A stretch of DNA of 32,000 bases from assembly GCF_001545095.1 (NCBI RefSeq), contig NZ_CP013213.1:2460001-2492000 (forward strand). The letters run 5' to 3'. Every line of letters begins with the position of its first letter. Position 1 is the stretch's first letter. The DNA comes from Erysipelothrix larvae (GTDB lineage Bacteria; Bacillota_I; Bacilli_A; Erysipelotrichales; Erysipelotrichaceae). Shown piece by piece: positions 26,237-32,000 of the stretch. The notes beneath the pieces were generated by a model. It worked only from the letters and a program-made list of their open reading frames with translations, was not told where the DNA came from and made no database searches. The translations under genes and the position numbers were made by a program.

Positions 26237-26784
26237 TTCACGCCTCCTATCGCTAACACTAACACTATACGCTTAAGACTTTGGGAATGCAACAGATATT
26301 ATATCGAAAAGTACATAAAATTCGTCGCGTTTCTTCACTTTTTCACGATTCCCATCACAAATCATAATTGAGAGGGTTTACAACCTCAGAAACGCACTAT
26401 TTATTGACCGACAGTCAATTTTTTTAAATGTTTTTTCGCTCATTTTAAGATTAATTTTTAGTCTTTTTTATAAAATTAGTCGTCACCTGTTCTCGTTTCT
26501 CCCTTTACTCTCTTAAAACATAAAACACTTGAAACCTATCAATATTTTCTTTAGGTATTTTCTGAATGTATACCTACAATAGTGTATTATCTTCCAGTTA
26601 AGATGTGATAACAGTGATCTCACAAATTTTACTTTACTTGTATTCATAAATATTCATTATGATTATTTCAATTTGAGAGATTAAAAGTTCTTACTGTTTA
26701 AAAGTTAAGGATCTGTTTTTATTGGTATCAACTGTATATAAAAAAGTTATATAAGTCTTTTAATAATTTCCAATCAGATAACAA

Positions 26785-26836
26785 AAAAATCACTTAAACA
26801 CAGCAAATTTCTCTTGCTAAATGTAAAGTGATTTTT
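26785..26836 (-). terminator. Rho-independent terminator after rqcP
   Basis: AAAAATCACTT ... (inner AGCAA/TTGCT) ... AAGTGATTTTT. On the minus strand the stem is followed by a 7-T run. It begins 35 nt after the stop. Confidence 0.55.
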
Positions 26837-26870
26837 AGTTAGATAGTTTTTAACTATTATAGAGTTATTA

Positions 26871-27134
26871 TTACTCTGATTTCGGTACTGAGCGATCAAA
26901 AATTAACTCATAATAGGGTGGGCTGTCCTTGTGCATTTTCTCGCTCATATAGGTTATCTTCACACGAATGTGTCTGTGTTCAAAACGAATCTCTACTTCA
27001 TCACCAATATTTACTTCTGATGAAGGTTTTGAAAGTTTGTCATTCACGAATACACGATTATCATCTGCCAAATCTTTCGCAACAGCGCGACGTTTTATGA
27101 TTCGTGATACTTTTAAGTATTTATCAAGACGCAT
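26871..27134 (-). CDS. rqcP: S4-domain RNA-binding protein, RqcP/YabO (Hsp15-like) family
   Basis: [49 protein letters not shown] closely parallels B. subtilis YabO by recall. 87 aa. The start overlaps the mfd 3' end by 11 nt. Confidence 0.8.
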   Translation of the reverse strand: MRLDKYLKVSRIIKRRAVAKDLADDNRVFVNDKLSKPSSEVNIGDEVEIRFEHRHIRVKITYMSEKMHKDSPPYYELIFDRSVPKSE

Positions 27135-30100
27135 TATCTTTCTCCTTTATATGTTCCATGATATATAGTAGTTCATCAGACCAATCCAAATCGAGTGGAA
27201 GGATGATTGTAATTGATTTGTTTAAATATTTAATTTTAATATCTAATGATCGATTCGAGATAATCTCAAATAAATGCATGCCATCAATGCGTTCACTGAA
27301 TTCTTCAGAATACGTAAGTTCTACGCGGTTTACATACTCTTTAAAGGACTTCACTCGGGGGTCGGACAAGAATATTTCAAGGCGTTTTTTCTCAAGAAGC
27401 ATTTCTACAGCATGCGGAAGTGAACCGTATCGATCTTCCATTCGATGCTTAAATGCATTCAGCTTGTCGAAGTCAGTAACCATACTGAGTTCTTGATAGA
27501 TTTCTAACTTTTCACTGTCATCATTCGCAAAGTGCTCTGGTAAGTACCCATCAAGATGTAGTGACACAGTTTCTTCTTGTGGTTTTCTTTCAATTCCTTT
27601 TTCTTTGTCTATTGCTTCGCGAAGCATTTCAATATAAAGATCAATACCGACAGTATCAATAAACCCAGATTGATTATCACCTAATAATTCCCCAGCGCCT
27701 CGTATTGTAAGGTCTCGCATTGCGATTTTATACCCACTACCAAGTTGTGTGAATTCTTTAATGGCTTGAAGTCGTTTACTTGCTACTTCAGTTAAACTCT
27801 TTTTGCTTGGTACTACAAAATAAGCATAGGCTAAGCGATCACTTCGACCAACTCGTCCCTTGATTTGATAAAGTTGTGATAAGCCAAATTTGTGGGCATT
27901 ATCTACGATGATTGTGTTTGCATTTGGAATATCAATTCCTGTTTCGATAATTGTGGTACACACTAAAACTGAAATTTCTTTTTCCACAAAACGAATCATC
28001 ACATCTTCAATTTCATTTCGATCCATTTGCCCATGAACAACACCAACAGAAGTATCAAGTTCATCTCTGATTGTATTCGCAATCGCATAAAGATGTTGTG
28101 TATCATTAAAGAGATAAAATACTTGTCCCTCTCGATTTAGTTCTTTGCGCATAATGTCAAATAGGGTTTTTTCATCTTTTTCAATCACATAGGTCATCAC
28201 AGGAAGTCTGTTTGATGGTGGAGTGTTGAGTTGAGAGAGTGAGCGAAGCCCAACAAGAGACATTTGAAGGGTTCGTGGAATTGGTGTAGCACTGAGTGAT
28301 AAAACATCGACAGAGACTTTCAATTCTTTGATACGCTCTTTATGTTCAACACCAAAACGTTGTTCCTCATCAATGATTAAAAATCCCAAGTCTTTGAACT
28401 TCACATCTTTTGATAAGATTCGGTGTGTACCAATCAGAATATCAACGTCTCCACTGTGGACACGCTTAAGAATGTCTCGTGCTTTCTTGTCTGAAACAAA
28501 TCGATTTAAAACTTCAATCACAACAGGAAACTCTTTGAATCGATCTTTAAATGTTCGATAGTGTTGTTGAGAAAGAATCGTTGTTGGACATAAGAAAGCA
28601 ACTTGCTTATGATCTGAGACTGCTTTGAATGCAGCCCGAATAGATACTTCTGTTTTCCCAAATCCTACATCGCCACAAAGCAGTCGATCCATTGGTTTTG
28701 GTGTTTCCATATCGATTTTAATTTCTTCAATTGCTTCTTTTTGATCAACAGTGAGATCATACATAAAAGCATTTTCAAAGTCTTCTTGATATTTGCTATC
28801 TTTAGAGTATGCAAATCCTTCAGCTTTCATACGTGTTGTGTAAAGATCTACTAACCGTTTCGCAACCTCTTCGACATTTTGTTGAATGCGTTCTTGATTT
28901 TTGCGCCATGCATTTGATCCTAGCTTGCTCAATCTCACGGAGATTGCATTGGATGAGAAGTATTTTCTAACAAGGTGAAATTGCTCAATTGGAACAAATA
29001 ATTCATCGCCACCTTGATATCGAATTTTCATAAAGTCTTTATGGATACCATCGATTTCTTTAGTGGCAATTCCCATATAGCGACCAATTCCATATTGACG
29101 ATGCACTACATAATCAAGCTCATCTAAATCCAGCACACTATTTAATGCTTCGGCTTTTGTAAATTTACTGTCATAGCGATAGCGTTTTTGATGATATTGA
29201 TACAGTTCACGAATTGTGTAATAGGATAGGTTTAAATCGTCAAATTCAAGTCCGATGTCCATCGAATCTTCGGTGATGAAGATCCCTGGTTGGATCACTT
29301 CATCATACAAATCAAACGTACCCGTACGCTCAACAAGAATACTGATAAATTGTTTGCGTTCCTTTTCTGGCAATGAGATTAAGAAGGTTCTATGTTCAGA
29401 TTCTTTATGCATCCAATCAACCATGTCAATGAGGTTTGTCGCAACGACTTCTGCACGGTGCCATGGGACATTCAATTCATTATGGGATTGATAATCATGA
29501 ATTCGATAGCTGTTTTCATACCACGATTCTTTAAGCTCAGAATAGACATCATATTCCAAAGGTAAGAGGTTCAAACCGTGGCGCTCTTGAATAAATTCCA
29601 CGACATCTTCCATCAAGGTCTTCGCGAAGTGTTGCATTCCTTCAAGTGTACTAAAAACGCACATGTTTGGTGCAAGATTCATGATTGTTTCATAAGACTG
29701 CCATGATGCCAAAAGGGGATACATGGAGGGTTCGTACTGGCGTGCGATTAAAAAGGAAATTTGTGTTTGAATTTCATTTTTAAGTTCATCATTCACTGTA
29801 TCGCTTATTGTATAAAGGTGTGAAATTACATGGTCCAATATTGAATCATCTATCAGAATTTCAGAAGCAAAAATAATGGTTGCCTCTTGAAGTGTTTGAA
29901 TGGACGTTTGGGTCTCTACATCAAAAAATCTGAGGGAATCAACTTCAATATCAAAGAGTTCAATCCGAATTGGATTATCATATTGACCACTAAATACATC
30001 ACACACACCCCCACGAATCGCGAAGGTGAAGGGCTTATCAACATATTTAACTTTTGTATATCCGAGTTGAATGAGTCGCTCTTGAAGTGTTTTGAGCGAA

Positions 30101-30525
30101 ATTTCAGAACCAATCTTAAGATTTAATAATGAATCAAGCAATACTTGTTTTGGACTCATCTTTCGCATAATGGCAGCAGTATGTGTCACACAAATATCAT
30201 AGTCATCTGTGATAATTGAATAGAGTGCGCTCACACGCGCAAGGCGTGCTTCTTCAGAATGGGCAAGTGCTTCGATTCTGAGTGAATCTTCATGCATAAA
30301 TAGAACACCATTGATTGAAGCATCAATCTCTTTAATCATCTCAATCAGTGCTTGGGCTTGTTGTTGGTTTTCTTTCACAACAAAAATAGGTTGTTGGGTT
30401 TGAACCCACGAACCTACATAAAGCATCGCTTCTTGGATTAAATCAAGATGAGAAGCTTCTTTCTTTTTTGAAAGAAAATCAAGGACTGTTTGATGATTTT
30501 CTAAATAGTGTCTTAACCAATTCAC
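27124..30525 (-). CDS. mfd: Transcription-repair coupling factor Mfd
   Basis: 1133 aa with [15 protein letters not shown] (Walker A), [10 protein letters not shown] (DEEQ), [10 protein letters not shown] and [15 protein letters not shown] start with AGAGGA upstream. Confidence 0.95.
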   Translation of the reverse strand: MNWLRHYLENHQTVLDFLSKKKEASHLDLIQEAMLYVGSWVQTQQPIFVVKENQQQAQALIEMIKEIDASINGVLFMHEDSLRIEALAHSEEARLARVSALYSIITDDYDICVTHTAAIMRKMSPKQVLLDSLLNLKIGSEISLKTLQERLIQLGYTKVKYVDKPFTFAIRGGVCDVFSGQYDNPIRIELFDIEVDSLRFFDVETQTSIQTLQEATIIFASEILIDDSILDHVISHLYTISDTVNDELKNEIQTQISFLIARQYEPSMYPLLASWQSYETIMNLAPNMCVFSTLEGMQHFAKTLMEDVVEFIQERHGLNLLPLEYDVYSELKESWYENSYRIHDYQSHNELNVPWHRAEVVATNLIDMVDWMHKESEHRTFLISLPEKERKQFISILVERTGTFDLYDEVIQPGIFITEDSMDIGLEFDDLNLSYYTIRELYQYHQKRYRYDSKFTKAEALNSVLDLDELDYVVHRQYGIGRYMGIATKEIDGIHKDFMKIRYQGGDELFVPIEQFHLVRKYFSSNAISVRLSKLGSNAWRKNQERIQQNVEEVAKRLVDLYTTRMKAEGFAYSKDSKYQEDFENAFMYDLTVDQKEAIEEIKIDMETPKPMDRLLCGDVGFGKTEVSIRAAFKAVSDHKQVAFLCPTTILSQQHYRTFKDRFKEFPVVIEVLNRFVSDKKARDILKRVHSGDVDILIGTHRILSKDVKFKDLGFLIIDEEQRFGVEHKERIKELKVSVDVLSLSATPIPRTLQMSLVGLRSLSQLNTPPSNRLPVMTYVIEKDEKTLFDIMRKELNREGQVFYLFNDTQHLYAIANTIRDELDTSVGVVHGQMDRNEIEDVMIRFVEKEISVLVCTTIIETGIDIPNANTIIVDNAHKFGLSQLYQIKGRVGRSDRLAYAYFVVPSKKSLTEVASKRLQAIKEFTQLGSGYKIAMRDLTIRGAGELLGDNQSGFIDTVGIDLYIEMLREAIDKEKGIERKPQEETVSLHLDGYLPEHFANDDSEKLEIYQELSMVTDFDKLNAFKHRMEDRYGSLPHAVEMLLEKKRLEIFLSDPRVKSFKEYVNRVELTYSEEFSERIDGMHLFEIISNRSLDIKIKYLNKSITIILPLDLDWSDELLYIMEHIKEKDNAS

Positions 30526-30527
30526 CT

Positions 30528-31079
30528 TTAATCCTCTTTCTTGTTATAGGTATTCATTAACTGTGTTAAATCATCGTTGTTGAGATAATCCATCACGCAT
30601 TGGATTGCTGGTTTTATGGCTGTTTGATCGTCCATTTTACCCAAAACATAATCAACTGTTGGGATTAAGGGATTCTTGCCGATTCCTACTTTGATACGTG
30701 CAAATTCATTTGAACCCGTTCTATCAATGATACTTTGAATGCCTCGTTGTCCGCCAGAACTTCCTTTACGACGCACTTTAAGGGTACCTACTGGCAAATC
30801 AAGATCATCGGATACGACTAAAAGATCCTCAAGATCAACATCGTAGTAGTTGAGAATTTGGATTACTGCATCTCCAGAGAGATTCATAAATGTCTGTGGT
30901 TTTACAAGAATGATCTTTTGTCCTTTATAAAATCCTTGGCCAATCAATGCGTTAAATTTCAGTGAGTTTACAGAGATTGATGTTTCTTCAGATACACCAT
31001 CAATGACTAAAAAGCCTGCATTGTGTCGTGTGTTTTCATATTTCTTACCAGGATTTCCTAATCCAACAATTACTTTCAT
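30528..31079 (-). CDS. pth: Peptidyl-tRNA hydrolase
   Basis: MKVIVGLGNPGKKYENTRHNAGF and GGQRGIQSI. 183 aa. Confidence 0.95.
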   Translation of the reverse strand: MKVIVGLGNPGKKYENTRHNAGFLVIDGVSEETSISVNSLKFNALIGQGFYKGQKIILVKPQTFMNLSGDAVIQILNYYDVDLEDLLVVSDDLDLPVGTLKVRRKGSSGGQRGIQSIIDRTGSNEFARIKVGIGKNPLIPTVDYVLGKMDDQTAIKPAIQCVMDYLNNDDLTQLMNTYNKKED

Positions 31080-31118
31080 TGATTTCCTCCAAATAGACGA
31101 AAAAGAATAAGGAATCCC

Positions 31119-31736
31119 TTATTCTTCGTTACTTTCTACATACATAACTTTTAGATGACGGTGTCTTCCTTGTCCTTCGCTCTCAGTTTTAATATGAGCC
31201 ATGCCGCTTAATTCTTTATGAATTACTCTGCGTTCATCATTAGACATCGGATCAAGTGATGCAGTTACTTTTGTACGTTGTACCGTCTTTGCAACTCGTT
31301 TCGCTAGATCGCGTAACTTATGATAACGGTTGTCTTTATAACCGTTGATATCCACTGTTACATAGAAGCGACGCTTAAACTCTGAGCTCACAACGTTTCT
31401 TAAGAGTAAATTTAGTCCACTTAATGAGCTCCCATTTTTACCAATAAGAATTGCGTTGTTTTCTGCATTGAGATTCGCAATCACTTTTCCTTCATTTACA
31501 GATACTTCAAGTTCAACATCCATACCCAATCCCTTGAAAAATGTATCAAGGTAATTGAATACAAATTCTTCAACATCACAGGATGCGTATACATCTGCTG
31601 TGACACTTGCACCGATTCCTAAAAACCCAGTTTTAGTTTCAGTTACATAATATGTTAGTGCTTCTACCGCTACGTTTTTTTCATCCGCAACTTTTTGTAG
31701 AAGATCCTCGAGTGTTTTTCCCGTATATGATTTCAT
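31119..31736 (-). CDS. khpB: Jag/KhpB RNA-binding protein (Jag_N + KH + R3H)
   Basis: N-terminus MKSYTGKTLEDLLQKVADE. The C-terminal R3H region is ERRVIHKELSGMAHIKTESEGQG. ATG 31736 lies 5 nt after GGAGG. The track start 31748 is a TTG. Confidence 0.85.
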   Translation of the reverse strand: MKSYTGKTLEDLLQKVADEKNVAVEALTYYVTETKTGFLGIGASVTADVYASCDVEEFVFNYLDTFFKGLGMDVELEVSVNEGKVIANLNAENNAILIGKNGSSLSGLNLLLRNVVSSEFKRRFYVTVDINGYKDNRYHKLRDLAKRVAKTVQRTKVTASLDPMSNDERRVIHKELSGMAHIKTESEGQGRHRHLKVMYVESNEE

Positions 31737-31754
31737 AGACACCTCCAAAGTTTA

Positions 31755-32000
31755 TTAGTTAGTATTATTATCGGTGTATTTCCACTGGATGTAAAGTGTT
31801 TGGAACAATTGTACCAGTGCAGTGATTGCCCAATATAAACTCATCCCGATATTCCATGTAAATGCAAAGAATAAAATCATTGCAAGTGACATAAACATCA
31901 TCGTGTTTGTATTTGGACCTTGTGGTTTATCATACTTACGTTGTTTTTGACGACGTTTTAGTAAGTATTGTGGCAAGAACATTGATGCTGCTTGAGCAAT
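31755..32000 (-). CDS. yidC: YidC/Oxa1-family membrane insertase, C-terminal part (5' end off window)
   Basis: The frame stays open to the window edge (IAQAASMFLPQYLLKRRQ...). The last TM, GMSLYWAITALVQLFQTLYI, resembles the conserved YidC LYW segment. Position upstream of jag supports the call. Confidence 0.75.
   Translation of the reverse strand: MAQAASMFLPQYLLKRRQKQRKYDKPQGPNTNTMMFMSLAMILFFAFTWNIGMSLYWAITALVQLFQTLYIQWKYTDNNTN

Noticed and set aside
27104-27496. 130-aa plus-strand ORF antisense to the mfd 3' end; likewise 11651-11971(-), 9128-9418(+), 25337-25907(+), 19187-19584(+) and the other 60-100-aa track ORFs nested in larger genes
   Set aside because: All are embedded antisense or out of frame within confidently identified CDSs. 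They have no ribosome-binding sites and no recognisable motifs.
1-32000. Scan for CRISPR repeats, IS/transposase or integrase genes, phage genes, tRNA/rRNA, restriction-modification, toxin-antitoxin or other defence modules
   Set aside because: Every ORF of 100 aa or more that is not antisense to a larger gene is accounted for by a metabolic, transport, regulatory or housekeeping family. No regularly spaced direct repeats or terminal inverted repeats were seen. The lone SAM methyltransferase (8958-9704) has small-molecule/Methyltransf_11-type motifs, not DNA-methylase motifs.

Overview
AT-rich window (G+C judged by eye, not computed) from a low-GC Gram-positive (Bacillota-type) chromosome: strong GGAGG-type ribosome-binding sites and many ATGA/TAATG stop-start overlaps. 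It is almost fully coding and reads as core or metabolic DNA. I found no CRISPR array, transposase, integrase, phage gene, tRNA/rRNA or recognisable defence system.

Layout, left to right:
(1) 5' part of a class I/II aminotransferase (-), preceded on the same strand by a 333-aa GntR regulator with a non-canonical C-terminal domain (-).
(2) A divergent plus-strand operon gltS-ftcD-fchA-hutD-fhs. This is the formiminoglutamate -> glutamate + formate/ATP branch of histidine catabolism. No hutH/U/I lies in the window.
(3) A minus-strand SAM methyltransferase, then a transglutaminase-fold protein whose stop overlaps the start of an AraC/GyrI-like regulator.
(4) A seven-gene plus-strand operon: orphan PTS EIIC, 87-aa membrane ORF, DUF871 (MupG-like phospho-glycosidase), amidohydrolase/deacetylase, DgaE-like PLP ammonia-lyase, KDGP aldolase, PfkB kinase. 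A convergent GntR/UTRA regulator follows.
(5) A complete nine-gene V/A-type ATPase operon (-).
(6) Minus-strand housekeeping run yidC(partial)-jag/khpB-pth-mfd-rqcP.

The best candidate for an undescribed system is block (4). It looks like a PTS-dependent catabolic route for an N-acylated amino-sugar-acid glycoside, and I do not know of an experimental description of that gene combination. The secondary candidate is the transglutaminase-fold/AraC-GyrI pair. All functional calls rest on motif recognition by eye; no database search was possible.
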